Source: Mizuhopecten yessoensis
Taxonomy: Eukaryota
Direction: 5' to 3'
DNA: 64,000 nucleotides
Assembly (NCBI RefSeq): GCF_002113885.1
Contig: NW_018405113.1
Coordinates: forward strand, 3,026 to 67,025
A program made the position numbers and the translations under genes. The notes beneath the pieces were generated by a model. The model did not search any database and was not told the origin of the DNA. It saw nothing but the letters and a program-made list of their open reading frames with translations. This document shows, piece by piece, positions 1 to 14,958 of this stretch; the stretch's first letter is position 1; every line of letters begins with the position of its first letter.

Positions 1-2848
1 CCAACATATAAAAAAAAAGATTGAACAGACACTATTTGTATCAGCGCCATTGATTTAGTATTTCATAGTATTTTGATTAAGAAGAAGAAAGTATTGAGAT
101 ATTTTTGAAACATGTTTCTTTCATCATCGATTGATTTTAGGAAATATTTGTTATGGTTGTAAGTGTGATTATGAAACCAAATTCGTTTATGTTTTTATAA
201 AAATAGACATACATTTTTATAACGAACAGAACAATAATGGTCCATGTACACAGACTAACGTCGCATTTCCAAAATGACATCAATTATCGAAAGAAAATAA
301 CATGCTATCTCCTTTTTTTTAGTTTGTCAAAATAATATTTAATGAGATAATAGTAAACAGCTGATTATCTTAAAACAAAGCAACATATAGTACAGGGAAT
401 TCTGTACACTACACTATTATATAATTAGCAATGATGGCGTTACAATAAGTGATTTTAGGTATCAGAATAATCAATGTGTGTGCACAAATGTGAACTACCT
501 CATTCAATATATATATAATCTTTATTAGATATATGTTGAATGTTGACTCTAGAGTTTTTACTTTTCCCCCACCTCGGTAATAGTTTCTGCTGTATTCATA
601 GGACTGAAGTGACGGTATTTATAAGTGTTTTTAATTTCGTACGACACTGTGTCCATAAAAGATTGTTAGTCTCAGCACATTCGCATTCTGTCTCTTAATG
701 AGACATCATTGTCTGCAGGGTTTGGGTGGAAAGGGCACTTGGCGTCCTTGGAAACATACACTTAGACATGGGAGATAACTCAAAGTTTTACCAAGTTATA
801 GGTCACACAACATCAACAATATAATATCAAAAAAGGTTACCTTTGGAAGATCACAATCAAAGACCTTGTAAGTTTTTTTTTTATTTGCACAATGGTCTTG
901 TTTCTTTACGTACCATTTATGAAAGTAAAATATACCATCAATTTAAACTATTTTACCATGACTATTTATTTGACATAAACAAAATGTTATGGACTTGCTT
1001 TTAAAGCGCTTTTTCCCAGAGTATTGACCACGAAACAACAAGGAACTGTTTGATGACATTTGATGACGTTTTTAAAATACCATGGTAGACAAAGGCAGTT
1101 TAATCATTTTGCCTTTCAAAAATGAAACGCATTGGTAAAATGTGGAATAATTCATCCGCTAGGTACACATATTCTGCAAACATGACCTTTAAAAATTGAA
1201 TTACGTCTTCAAATGACATCACTTTATAGATAGCAATTATTTTCCAATAGTTTCGTGTGCTCTCGTTATTAATACGACGAGGTTCTTTTTTTAAACGTCA
1301 CATCTTTTAATTAGGCGAACGTCCCGGGTCGTGTGACATAAAAACATAAAATTTTGTCACATCGTTGTACAGGTACACAATACAAATCGCTCACTCAGTC
1401 ATGCATGTAGCTTGAGAAGGGGCTTGAAACGTTGTGACTCGTTTAATACGTACATTGTATGTGTATCAAGTAAAATGTTGATATTACATATTTCCAAACT
1501 GCTAAATCTTATTGAAGATGGTCTTACTTAGTATATCTGTCATTATTTATATTTCATTAAAACAAGCCGCCGTCTACAAGTACAATGGTAACCTACCACT
1601 GCTGCAGCTAGCTACTGTATACAAATACGTTGTTTATTAAGTACATAATGTATATTGATTCAATTTTATCAAATATACACAAGTTATCGTAATACTCTTA
1701 ACTCTTCTCTACTCTTCTATAATTTAACAATGCTATAAATACCTTACCGACCGTTTACTGCCGGTACATCTTAACACATCCTGTTCAATACGTTCATTGT
1801 TATAACAATAGATTACGGGACTTTCCTTCAGACATTCGACCAGTGACATACTGAGTAGTGTCACACATTGCAGACTATTGTCGGTAGAGTCATTAATAAA
1901 ATACAGTGGACTCTGTCCAAACCGGACACCATCGGGACCATATAAATTGGCTGATATCATATTGGCTTATATATATATGAGAGTTCCGGATAGTAGAGAG
2001 TTCAAAATTATGGAGAGCATGTTGGAGCATGACTTGTCACCCGTTAGCTTTCCTATGCAAAAGAAGTTATTAGGTCTGTATAACCACCCGCATTTAACCA
2101 GAATGGAATTCGACACCTGTTTTCAGAAAGTGAATTTACTAGTGTACTGGGTCGGAAAACAAGGCAAGCTCAAATGATCGAGATTAGATTAATCAGGGAT
2201 TAATTTCTTCAGTTAATGAAGAGTCGTGAAGGGAAAAAAAGCATTGGCCGTTTTAGACAAATGACCTGATAGGACAGAGTCAGGTTTACCCTGTGCCCTT
2301 TGTTATATGATAGGATTAAAATTATTATACAGAGACAGGGAAATCTCTAATATGTTGGGGGATTCTTTTGTTGTCCCACCCTCAGCTTCAGGATAGACAA
2401 TTAAACAATTCACCACTCGTATTTGGGATGTCGCTGTCAAACCCTTATGGCGAGGTAAAATTGTATTCGTCTACCTTACACTTGGGCCGATATTTCTGTT
2501 AACATTACTTAGGCAGTTATATTTCTCTGTCACAAGAGTTGACTTATTCTGTCTGAATTGCACACGAAAGTATTCAATATCTATTCTACCGTATTAAACA
2601 TATGAACTGACACGTCATTGAATCACATTTCAGCACGACACTTCACTGTACCATTAATGCCATTTCAATTATTGACATGGACAATAATTTATTACACTGT
2701 ACGTGTCCCTTGATAAAAGAAAGATAAAATTGTCTAACACCTTTATAAAATGCATTTGAAGTGTACGTTTTAAAATATCATAAAGCATATTTTCATTATT
2801 ATTTACTGAAATAACGCGAATTTGTGCTTGTTGATTTTAAATTTTCAG

Positions 2849-4853
2849 CAGAAGATACGGTTTTGCAAGCTCTCGGGTTAAAAAAGTACTTCCCAAATAA
2901 ACTGACCAAGCAAGACGTGATGTGTATCTCTGATGACGACGACAGGGAACCTGAGGAACTCAAAGATATCCCCTGGGTAATCCTCCGTAAAATTATAATG
3001 CTTGATATATCAGGCAGGGATCGAGTTTCAAGCGATTTTTATGAGGAAAATGATGATAATAATGATGATGAAGTTGACTTTTTTACTGATAACGATAACA
3101 GGGATGAGGAAAAAGATAATACAGATGAGGACGTTGATTTGCTAGAAAAAATACAATCAAAACAAATGAAGTTACATCCAATTGATATATTTTTGTCTAC
3201 ATATTTATGTTTACACCCTATCCTACAACAACATGTATGTACCAAAATGTTCACGTGTCATCTGGCCGTTCCCTTTATGTACAGGCATCCGACACCCAAC
3301 AAACCTTTGATGCTATCGTTGTGGCCTTTTCGTAATATTAATGTGAACAATGGGGAAAGGGATACCAGTATCATTAACTGTAGGCAACATGTAATATCAT
3401 TTGTACGGTTAGGTCGACCTAACATATCTAAGTCTGTCGTTGCAAACTTATTACTCAGCGCCAACAACCATCATAATTTCTTTAATATTGACNAAGACAA
3501 AAAGAATCAAAATTTGACGAAACAGAGATAAAACAAATTCTACGAGATATACGACAGGTAGTGGAGGACTTTAACCATGCCGGGAAAGACATGTCATTTC
3601 TTGAGCCATACACAATCAGGGTATCAGTCTTCGTGTGTAAATTTGCCCTGCCAATATTGACAGAACTTGACGTAAAATATATAGAAAAACATAGTTTGAA
3701 GGCACAGCTTGATTTACACAAGACATCAGTATTCGAAGATTTTACAGATCTCGTCAATAAAAAGAAGACCGTTTCGATGGCAACTACTCGTTTATGTGAC
3801 AGAATCCGTCCACATATCTGTGAACACATAAGACAAGATCTCCTTCAGAAAATCCGTATTTATACATTAGAGAAGTGCCCTTCAAAAGAGTACTTGATTG
3901 TTAAAATCATGACTGAACTAGCTCAAAATAATCAATTTGCTCCCTATATGGCTTATATACATGATCCATATAGTTATGCCTTGGAGTGGCTGGAACAGTT
4001 TGGTAACGACCTGTGTTTCGAAGAACCTCGGGATTTCTATTATCACAATGCGAAAGTGAAAATGGAGTCCTTGTTATCAGAAATAAAGGTGGTTGTTCGA
4101 TCAAATGAAGAAAAGGGAATAAGACATTGCCTTTCAAATATTGATGAAAAATTAGGGTTCATTAAGCCCTTTCTGGATCATTATTTAAAGCAATTGGGAG
4201 ATGAAACAGATTTAGATACTTCAGATTTTAAGACAACTTTTTTGGAAGAAATCGACCAAATGTATGACAAATTAAAAAAAGAGTTTCGTGCTGTTAATAA
4301 GGCTACTATAAGATGGCCACTTGAAACGCCATATAAAAGTGTCTTAGATCATATCTGGGGATGTAACAGCGACTGTCCCTTCTGTCTTGAGCCGTGTATA
4401 TTAGGACGAGATCATGAAAAAATGGTAGCACATAGATGCATACAGCACAGACCCACAGGGCTGAAAAAGTGGTTTTGGGAAGATTCCGACAAACTGTCTA
4501 TAGAGAACTGTAATGTAGAAGTCGGAGCCAGATTATCTCTTTACAAATGTGGCCATATATGTACCAGAGGACCTCCGGAACGCCATACAATTGGTTTTAT
4601 ACGTAATATCTTTGTTAGGTTAGGCATTGAGAAGTTCCATGCATATAAAGACTACAAGAAGTTTTTCCCTGACTGGGACATTGTTCCACATTCAGATATG
4701 TCCTCTTCTGTGTATTGGGCTTGGGTACTATGTCAATTTAATGCTCAATTCGCTGCCTATTATGAAAAGGAAGAAGCTGATATTCCTGCATCATGGACAT
4801 TATATACAAAAGAAGATGCCATTGACAGCCTTCCAATATTGGACAATTCCTGA
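2849..4853 (+). CDS. GVIN1: Interferon-induced very large GTPase (GVIN1/VLIG)/URGCP-like protein, long terminal coding exon interrupted by an assembly gap
   Basis: Acceptor ttttcag at 2842-2848 (tandem cagcag). The N-terminal part has HPIDIF...LQQHVCTKMFTCHLAVPF and ISFVRLGRPNISKS, typical of URGCP/GVIN. The C-terminal part has WGCNSDCPFCLEPC...HRCIQHRPTGL and YKDYKKFFPDWDI...SSSVYWAWVL, the GVIN C-terminus. The frame changes exactly at the n (3493) and is open on both sides. Start exon not identified. Confidence 0.85.
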
Positions 4854-6820
4854 AATGAAACACATGTGATTGTATGTTTATGTTGAAACAAATGTACAAT
4901 TCTATATACCTACAAATATTTGATATCTACTCTAGTAGCTGACTAGTATAAACAACCCGTTGGCTAATACACACTTAGGACACTGGTCAATATATATACA
5001 CATGTTTTAAAGCACCAATCAAATACTTTAAGTGCACACATTGTAACTTGCAATTATAATTGATAATATTGGCAATAAATGCTATAACTTGTGCAAATCT
5101 GTAAGCACGATGCTCATCGTTGATGTAAATTAACGAACAGCTTAACAATAATATCGAAATGTGATTTTCAGCTTTTTTCCCCCTAAAACATTATGTTTAC
5201 AACACATATCCGACACGATCCCGATTCTCACACATTTACTAACTGATCGAAAATGTATCTTATATTTACTTGAATGAAAATGCATAGAGAAATCAAGTAA
5301 ATTATGATAAGTCCTGGTGGAAATATTTTGGGCCGCGAGGCTGAATCTAGCACCTTTGTGTGGAAGGCAAATAGAAGGTGGACAATGAAGAAAGTTTTCC
5401 CCAAAGTAATGGGTTATGAGCTTAAGCCTAGATGCTTCCAAAATACCCATTGTGGTTGGCTGAATTTACTTTCTCTACTAAAACAACAAACTTTTGGAGT
5501 CAATCAATTTCATATAAACAAAAGGATAACTCTTCTGGGTACAGTAATATTACTAGGGGTTATTACTTCTCGTTATGAAATCACCAATTTATAGATATCA
5601 CTAGGTATTGACTAATCTTTCTTGTACTTTTATAAACCATTGTCGATGTCTTTGTCTCCATTGAAAACTCTTTTGTATTCACAAAGCGGAGATTTTCATA
5701 TGCTCAGACTGTTATTTGATCTATGTGTGTGCTTTGTACATATCTATTTTTATATTTTTTTTGAAAGGGAAAATTTAACAAAGCTTTGGTTGGAGAAAAG
5801 GCTACCAATGGCTGTTTTCATTTGTTAGAAATAATTCAAGACAGTAATTATCTTTGTTTCCTGTTTATTATATGTAAAGGAGAAACACCGGAAACTGTTT
5901 TCGGTGTTTCTCCTTTACATATAATCAGGATTATTACAGATAACTTACTCAAATTGATAAAACATTTAAGCTTCTACGAGAATAAGGATTTATTTAACTG
6001 TTAACTTACTACAATATATCGGAAATATTTGTGCTGTAAACATTCAAAATTTACATTTTTTTGTAATTGAATTGTTTTAAATGAGTATGGTCATATCAAT
6101 TCATAATAAAATGTATAATGTATTGAGAATTGATAAAACAGGTACTTAGGTGAATTATGAATTGAGAATCGATGCAGTAACTCATTAATAATTTACGAAA
6201 GCGTAATATTATTCATGATATATTAAGTGTTTATAACGGTCATAGTTTTATATCACATATTACGATTTGACCATGGAAAAACAAGTATTAGTATTTATGA
6301 AGAATTGAGACTGATAAAAAAAAACTTCTGTGGTGTATTATCATAATTAATTGGAAATGGATGACAATAATATTTTGTATGATTTTTATTATTAATTGAG
6401 AATTAAGTTTGGTGTATAATTTTTAATATCATTCTAATCAATAATAAATTGACTATTGGGCAATTTTTATAATGCATTGACAATCGAAAATAAATATAGT
6501 TTGGTGTATTTTCTTAACGAGTTTCTAATATTTATCAATATATTTTGATGTAATATTTGTAACGATTTAATACTTTATAACATATATACATATTTGTGTG
6601 TACTAAGAATGATGGATTTATCTAAATGACAACATTTGTAAATTTTGAAAACCTCATTATCTATTGGAATTACTTCCTTCTTCCATACGCTACACGTATA
6701 TACCAATTTTAAGAAATGCTTATCCTGCAAACAGACGTTGTAAGGATCCAGTGTTATTATGTGATTTTACCGTTGATGTTAATTCTTTAACAATATATAT
6801 ATATAAAAATACATTGTACG

Positions 6821-7857
6821 TATAGCAGTGAGACTTGTTAAATCGATATGTGGACACATCATTATAACAATATAGTTGAACTGATTTGATAGATATATAG
6901 ACATATCATACAATGATAAAGTAGAACTTATTTATTAAGTCTACACTTTGAGCCTTGTTAATGAAATCGTATTGGCTAGCTTTGTGTATCATTATTATGT
7001 CTGTATTGTGAATGCTTTATTATAAACAGCTGGGCTTTATTTTTTATGTCTGCTACATGTAACGTTTGGTTTGTCTGCAATATGATCAATGAAACAATAC
7101 CAATGTATCTTAGCTGAGATAACCAAAACTTGACTAGCCATGTTACGCGGTGTACCTTGTCAACCCTATGAGGGTAACATACAGAAGGGAAACTGAATTG
7201 TTTATGGTGTATCTTTAAAAAAACAAATATGTTAAGATTTCATTATCGATTCAATATTTAATTTTATTAAGTTGAATAAAAACAAAAATTGCATTTTTAG
7301 TAAATGATGTTGGCTTTAGGATGTACATGTATGTACAGGCTTAACGTCGTATAACACGGCATATTAGATTATTGGTGATGCATGTTACTATTGTATTATT
7401 ATGCCGAGATAATGTTTACACAGATGTGGCCATTTCTAAGCTAATTTATATTCTTGTAAACATCGCTTCTAACGTGGTAGGTTTGGGAAGGTAATGTTTC
7501 GGCCAACCAATAATGAAATCATACAAGTTTAAAATTTTAAACAAATTTTACTTGTGTCTGTTTAACCAGTAAAACATTGATATTTTAATTAAATACGTAA
7601 TATTGCTATGTCTTACATATATAGTGTGATTACAATGCTGTAAATAAATAAATAAACATTTGTGTAACAGCATAAAGAGTTTTCCTGTTCCTTGAAACTC
7701 AAACACCATCGGGTGACATTTGTAGATACATACTAATTGTACATATAGCAGTGAGACTTGTTAAATCGATATGTGGACACATCATTATAACAATATATTT
7801 GGACTGATTTAATAGATATATAGACATATCATACATTGATAAAGTAGAACTTATTTA
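6821..7857. repeat. Dispersed direct duplication of ~115 bp (about 6821-6935 and 7744-7857)
   Basis: tatagcagtgagacttgttaaatcgatatgtggacacatc...gataaagtagaacttattta occurs twice. Confidence 0.85.
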
Positions 7858-9064
7858 ATAGATATATATATATATATATATATACAGATACATACAACAG
7901 GAAAGTACAGCAGAAGATTTTTTTTAAACTATATAGACAATTTATTATATCAAGAACTTTAGACTGATTCAACAGATAAATATACACATTAATATAACAG
8001 ATAGGTATGACCAGTTTGATAGATGTGTTACCGGAACAGTAGAAATATACTTACAACAGTGAAGTGAGGTGTTTCAGATATAAGAAAGCCTACGACTGGC
8101 AGAGAGAATGAATAGATTTTCTGCGATTCACGTATATCCTCAGTACTTAAAATGAACCATTTTTAATGTTGAACGTCGAAAAAACAATATTTCATTCAAA
8201 CGCTATCACTTGTGTTCCATTTGAAAAGTGAAATATCCGAATTTTTAAGTCAGTTGCAACTAGTGAATTGACGAGGAACGTTGTGTATCTTCTAAATACC
8301 TCAAGTCAATTAAAGGTGATACGACATAATTTAATGGATATGAACCTTGACCAATCAGAACGTTGCTTTCTATCACTGCATTCAAAGCCGTTAGTCTTCA
8401 TTCAGATGTAGGTGAGACGACGGTAGAATAGGTGGTTGTTTTATTACACGTCTACTACATCCAATAAGATATTCTGACTTATCCATAAAATGGATAGAAT
8501 TGTTGTCAGCAACTCTTACAAGCTGGAAAATAGCAGCAAACGGTAGAATGGCGTTCAGGATCTTATTCAAAATAAACCTCAGCATTGCTGAAACCGTATA
8601 ACTGGTCGTCGTATTCCTGTAACATCTGTCCACTGAAAGCATAAATTCTTCTTTCATTATTTAGAAATAAACTGCGGCTTTACGTGGCTTATATTTTATC
8701 AAACCATGGTTTCCCGATTGATTATTGCTTGGCATCAAAGTTTTCATGTTCTTTATGAAAATTATGAATTATGTAATACCGAATAAGAAACCATTCATAT
8801 CATTTTAGAAAGGTACAAACAAATGCAGGCAACTTTCGTAAATATGAATTAGGGCAGTTACATAAGTACACATGACTAGTATACAAGTAAACAACTTGTA
8901 ACACGTACAGAACCAGTACAGAAATATAGGAATATAATTATTTATAAACAATGAGAAACAAGCAGGTACAAAACATCACATAAATAAAGAATTACAATTT
9001 TGAATGTAGAAATTTCTGTAGTATAGTAATAAACAACGCGAAATATATAGGTACAATCACATTT

Positions 9065-10235
9065 ATGTCCGTTTGATCCCTGAGATGGTCATTCTCGACA
9101 ACTGACCATAGTTCTCGGGTGACTCCTTTATGTCGAACTGATCACTCAAATGGTAATTCCTGCCGACTGTTCAAGAACCGCAAATGGATCCTTCATATCA
9201 AATCGATTCAATTGGTTATCTCTGCTAATTGTCCAAGGTTCTAAATTGACTCGCTTATGTCCAAATAATCCCCAAAATAGTCATCGTCACCAACTGTCCA
9301 ATGCCCTCAGGTGACTTTTCACATCAACTGGTCCCCCGATTGGTGATTCTCGCTAACTTTGAAAAGCTCTCAAGTGTCTCCTTTATGTCAAATTGAGTCC
9401 CCAAATGGTTATAGTTTCCAACTGTCGAATGTTCTCAGTTTACTCATTTACGTCCGACTAAACCCCCAAATGGTCATCCTCGCAAACTCTCCAGGGCTCT
9501 CAAACGACACCGTTATGTCCAACTGATCCCCCAAATGGTCATCCTCGTCAACTCTCCAAGGTCCTCAAGTGAATATTTCATGTTCAACTGATTCCCGAAA
9601 TTGTCAACCTCGCCAACTGTCCAAGCCTCTCAATTGACTCATTTATGTCTAACTGATCCTCCCAATTGTCATTCACGCCAACTGTCTAATGCCCTCAGTG
9701 GACTTCTTCATATCCATCAGATCCCCGAAATTGACATTATTGCCATTTTTTCAAGGCTTTAAAGTGACTTTTCCTATCAAATTGATCCCCAAATGGTTAT
9801 CCTCGCCAACTGTTTAAGGCTCTTAATGAATCCTTCATATCCTATTGACTTCTAAAATGGTCTTCCTCCCAAACTGACCATGGTTTTCAAGTGAATCCTT
9901 CATGTCGAATCGCACCTTGTAATTGTCATTCGCGCCAACTGTCCAATGCCCTCATGTTACTCATACATGACCAACTGATCCCCAAAATGGTCATTCTCGC
10001 CACTTGTTCAAGGCTTTAAAGTGACTTGATCATCCTCGCTAACTGCCAAAGGCTCTCACGTGAGTCCTTTTATATCGAATTTATCACTCACATGGTGACC
10101 ATCACCAGCTGTCCATGCTCTATAATGACTCCGTTAACCCAATCTGGTCCTTCAAATGGTCATCCTTCCCTCCTCCCCAATTCCCAAGGCCCTCAAGTGA
10201 CTCATTCATGTCCAACTGATACTCCAAATAGTCAA
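9065..10235. repeat. Old degenerate tandem array, ~64-65-bp unit, roughly 18 copies
   Basis: Recurring caactgatccccaaatggtcatcctcgccaactgtccaaggctctcaagtgactcc; tggtcatcct at 9471 and 9536. Confidence 0.85.
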
Positions 10236-10909
10236 CTTCAAAACCTAAGGGTTAGGCTCACTTACATGTTTTGACAAAAGTGTAGAACGACTTGAGCTAT
10301 TTGATTGGTTAAAGGTACAAATTCACTAATCGCTAGGCTGATTCATGTCCTTTTAATATTACAGAGGAGGAATAGCGGACTCTTCAGAGTCGGTTGATTT
10401 ACCGTTATGCTGCCGTATGATTCTTTTGATGTTCATCAAATGACCTAACTAGTCTACTTACATCATCTGTAAGGTGGAGCATACAAAGCATTCAAATTGT
10501 CATGACATATACCAGGGAATAAGAGAATGTTAGTGAGCGTTACCCATTGCATTTTGAGGATACCGAATGGTATAGTGACTTGTACATTGTAATCAGGCCC
10601 AATTTTTCCGTTGTATTGCTTTGCACGCTGTATAACTCTGTTGTCAAGATCTTCGCTTTGATGGTTCTTCCAAAATATAATAGTTTTGAGATAAGAAGTA
10701 CAAACTACTACACACAAGTTCATTTAGGCAGGTCAATGACTTATATTTTAACAAAGGAGAAAGGTTCAATATCCACAGGGATAACCAATCGGGATTAATT
10801 TGTACATTAATATGCATACCAAGAACCGCTGACGGACTTCCCATGAAGGACGACGCTGTAAAGAAGAGTGAAGAGTTACAATTAATTTTTTTGGTTCATG
10901 GGACCTGGA

Positions 10910-11097
10910 ATTCCGTCTTTGCGTATTGCAGAGTTATCTTCTCTTGTGAACAGGGATTGATTGTTACGTCATTGGTTTGTGCGAGAAAATTACGTGGTTT
11001 TCTCAAAAATTGATGACGTTACTCTCACAAACAAGTGACGTAACAATCAATCCCTGCTCTCAAGAGAAGATAACTCTGCAATACGCAAAGACGGAAT
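10910..11097. mobile_element. Nearly palindromic MITE (~190 bp)
   Basis: attccgtctttgcgtattgcagagttatcttctcttg...caagagaagataactctgcaatacgcaaagacggaat; inverted arms of ~75 bp. Confidence 0.85.
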
Positions 11098-13129
11098 AGG
11101 AAAATTAGTATTGCAATTAACCAAATTATGGGAGTGTTTCCCAAATTTTACTGAAAATCAACTTTTTTTACAATTTTGTTTATTAATGATAAAAATTGAG
11201 AAATTTTAAAGATATTCTCTGGAAAATAAACCTGTAGTCTAAGGAGTTGTGGAATGTTTACCAAATGTTATGGCTATAGGCATGTTGCTGAATGTTATCA
11301 ATTTATATTTGACTAAGGCTTCTTTTCTTCCTGTGGGACTAGTTGCGCTCGCAAACATGTGTTTTTTAAGAAGAAAATTCTAAAATGCAAATTTAGGCCA
11401 TATTGTAACTCTTGTTAAAATGGATAATTGGTCTGACTTTATTTATAAGGGAATCTGCATAAAGAGGTGGATGTGAGGGAGGGGGTGTCCCTTTTTCTTT
11501 GGTTGATTCTTAAAGGAGATGCGGGGTTGGGTCACAAAAATAGATGATGGGGGGCTGAAAGGCTTTTCATCTGCACCTCAGTTCAATACACCCCTCCCAA
11601 ACAGTTTGACCTGGCTACACATTATTTTCCCCAAGAGAATACACCTCAAATATTGCTGCAGGCTAATTAGTTTCCACATACAGGTATACAGTACCCAAGA
11701 GAGTTCAGAGATACTCGCACTAATACAAGGGTCTTTTGTTTAAACAAGATCGGATGTAAAACTAGATAAGTTGAAATCTCAAAAGTACACCTAATTATGT
11801 GAAAGGTCAGTCATCAAGGGCGTCTAACAGAAAATATACGCCTAAGGGCCAAATATCAATAGATCCAAGATCATACAATCAGTTAATTAAAAGCTAGAAG
11901 TCATTTTGATGGGCACGATAATTGGTCACACAAAAAAGTGATATTTTGCCAAAAGATACAAAAAAAAGGCAATCAATATCAAAACTCATTGAATCAGAGA
12001 GTACACCTACACATCAGTATCAATTTGACAACGTGATCAACGCAAAATTTGCCATAATGAAGAAAATATATTGGACTTACTCAAATGTCAGTCCATGAGG
12101 GTTGACAGCGCGGGAAGAAGTGACGCGAACTTCGAGCTCGTTCTATGTACATGTGACCAAGTGCATTTTCATTGGTCGAGAGGTTAGCACGAACTCAGTT
12201 TTCGTACTAAATTCAATGACGCCAGGATCGAGGGGCCATTCAGAGGTGCAGTTATTAATAGGTATCTCTGCGGATGCACATTTAATGAAAGATTACTTCG
12301 TGAAGAAACACCGAAATAAGTGTCTTTTCTACAAGAAATATCAACCGTTTTAGTATCCTGTTGTTTTCCTCATACATGCAATTTTACAGACTTTTTGTCC
12401 CTACACGATCCCCAGCAAAGGTTTGGTGCTGTCCTTTGCAAAATGTAACTCCTCTGGTACTTTTTAACAAATTATTTACAAGACAACATCAGACAGTGTA
12501 AATATATTGCATTTAAATAGATATAAACCAGGGATACAAAAAGTTACTAAAATGTCTCTAAAATCCTAATTTCAGCAGAGAGTGTAATATATACGTCAGT
12601 AAACATTACACATATCGGATACTAAAGAAAAATAAATGATTCTAGTCTCAAAACAATGCATGTATATATATATATATATATAATATAATGAAACGTCTGT
12701 CCGCTTCAAATGGGAAAATATGCACAAAGGTACATATATGTGGCAGTGGCACGGTAGACCACATGGTTTCATTTATTTTAGTTAAATAATGTTCTCGTTC
12801 TCGTAAATAGTTGGAAACATGATATTGAATATCATACAGGGGTGGGTCCATGTATTCCGAAAAGTGGAGGCCCAGTTCTTTTTGTAGTTTTCGGTGTCCA
12901 CTTGTCGGCCCCCCCCCCCCCCCTCCCAGTCGTGAAAAAAATTAATTATCGATGTGTGGAAACTAGAAAAAATAGTATTTTGATACATAAAAGTCAACAC
13001 ATTGAATTGTATGCAACATGTTGACATAAACATATCATCAACATCGACTAATTACGTGTACATAGTTCTGTCTGTTAGAACTACCTCGAGGATTGACCAA
13101 ATAAGCTGTATGCAGGGACAAATGAAATG

Positions 13130-13601
13130 GTAAGTTTTAGTATTATTTGTTAAAATGAATGACCTTGACTTATATTCAAGGTCACAGGGATCAAATATGT
13201 TAAAATCTTTAAATGACTTATTCTGAATACCCATGAGGCCCAGAATGTTGATATTTGGCCAGTAGCATGCCTGTATGACAGGCTATCAAGGTTTTTCATT
13301 TGAATGTTCTTGTCCCACTTTCAAGGTCACATTTGGTCAAATTTAAAAAAATAAATAGGGTAATGATATTTGGCAAGTTGCATGCTGAGATGAAGGCTAT
13401 AAAGTTTGCTCAACGTAATGACCTTGTTTGACTTTCAATGTCACAGGGGTCAAATACTTTTAAATATTTTAACATGTTCTTTTGAATGACTTTTAGTCAT
13501 AAATACTGATATTTTGCCTGTAGCTTTATTTTAGTCCTCTTTAAAGGTTACAAGTGTGAGATTAATACCAGGTGAGCGATGCAGGCCCATTGGGCCTCTT
13601 G
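13130..13601 (+). mobile_element. Non-autonomous Helentron/HINE, 5'-eroded copy
   Basis: tgaccttga...tcaaggtcaca monomers; ends caggtgagcgatgcaggcccattgggcctcttg like the copy at 52992-53905. Confidence 0.85.
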
Positions 13602-14357
13602 ATTAAACGAAGGATTAGATATTACTGGTGAGTTCATTGAAAACAAAACAAAAAGAAAATCCCAGTTTTTCCAATTGCTTTCGACTTTGGTATCGGTACC
13701 ATCGATTATTTTTTCTGCTTATTTATACTTTCGAACTTTCCAATACGACTGCCTTCTTCTGTATTTCCGATAAAGAAACATGGAATTCTCATACATGTGC
13801 ATGCTCAACAACATTGCTGTCAGATGACGTGGATATTTTAGATTGCTGTCTATTTTGAGTATTTTCCATTCCGTGACTTGTTCTACAACGATCAATATCA
13901 ATATTTACCAAATATTGTCACTCGTAACTCGAACTGTAGGCGACCGTAAATGAAAGCAGATATGCACTTTTTTATTCATAACTTATTTTTTTAATCACAT
14001 ACGAAATCTGGTCAGAAGGAGAATGCGTATATAGGCCTACCGGGTGATGAGAGAGTTACGAATCGAAATCAGCTGTTGGTATATAGGCCATGCATGTTGT
14101 TTAATCTTTCTTTTGAAACAATAAACTATCTCGAACGATATCTGGTCGTTGACAATATTACTGTATTAATATAAAGCTCCAATTTGACAATCGTTCACTG
14201 GTTGATCTCTTATAGAACTAGATCCTCAACATTTTTTTCGTGATAATTTGTGTTGGAAGCAATTTAAATAATACTGAAAATAATCAGGGGTAAATCATAC
14301 GTAAAGCCCAACCAAGTAGAAGTCGTTAATTAGATAACCCGCCTTTAGAAACAGAAA

Positions 14358-14582
14358 GGGGCCGCGGTGGTTAAGGCGTCTGACATTCTGCTACCACTAA
14401 CACTCCACCACTGGGTCGCAGGTTCGAACCCTATACGTGGGGCAGTCGCCAGGTATTGACCGTAGATCGGTGGTTTTTCTCCGGGAACTCCGGCTTTCCT
14501 CCAACACCGAAACCTTGCACGTCATTAAATGATCGTAGCTGTTAATGGGACGTAAATATCAAACAAACAAACAAAACCAATT
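14358..14582 (+). mobile_element. tRNA-derived SINE with V-domain-like core
   Basis: A box ggtggttaagg, B box ggttcgaacc, core ggtttttctccgggaactccggctttcctcc, (caaa)n tail, flanking aaacagaaa direct repeats. Confidence 0.85.
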
Positions 14583-14958
14583 AAAAACAGAAATGATCAA
14601 TTCCAAGAAGAGTTACAGTGTAGAGAACAAAAGGAGCTGCATTATCTGAGGAGAATTGCATGTCTTGGAGACCACAAGACTATGGCCGTATGTATTTATA
14701 ATCAAGCATTTTAAAGTTCGGGTGGCACGATTTTCCTCTCATATTTGAGAACTTGTTACAGCTATAATTGGACCTAAACAATTAATTTTATATGTTTTAG
14801 AGGTTTAGATATATCATCAATAAGAATCGGTGCGCACTTCCATCCGAGCAAACAAGAGTGGTTCATTTAAGCAGATTAAACTTTTATTTATTGTCAAATA
14901 TATTCTATGACTTATAAGTCGTAATAGATGTATAATGTAAATTTTAGACCGCTGCCTA

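Noticed and set aside
719-867. Possible upstream GVIN exon (ctgcag...gtaagt)
   Set aside because: All three frames contain stops; it could only be UTR, which cannot be supported from sequence alone.
1878-2177. 99-aa ORF upstream of the GVIN exon
   Set aside because: Non-ATG start, no recognisable motif, no convincing splice link.
3493-3560. GVIN frameshift as evidence of a pseudogene
   Set aside because: The shift coincides with an n gap and both flanks are open.
8391-8657. 88-aa minus-strand ORF
   Set aside because: No recognisable family; possibly a decayed transposon fragment.
10463-10844. Cluster of short ORFs with hydrophobic stretches
   Set aside because: No coherent frame, splice structure or motif.
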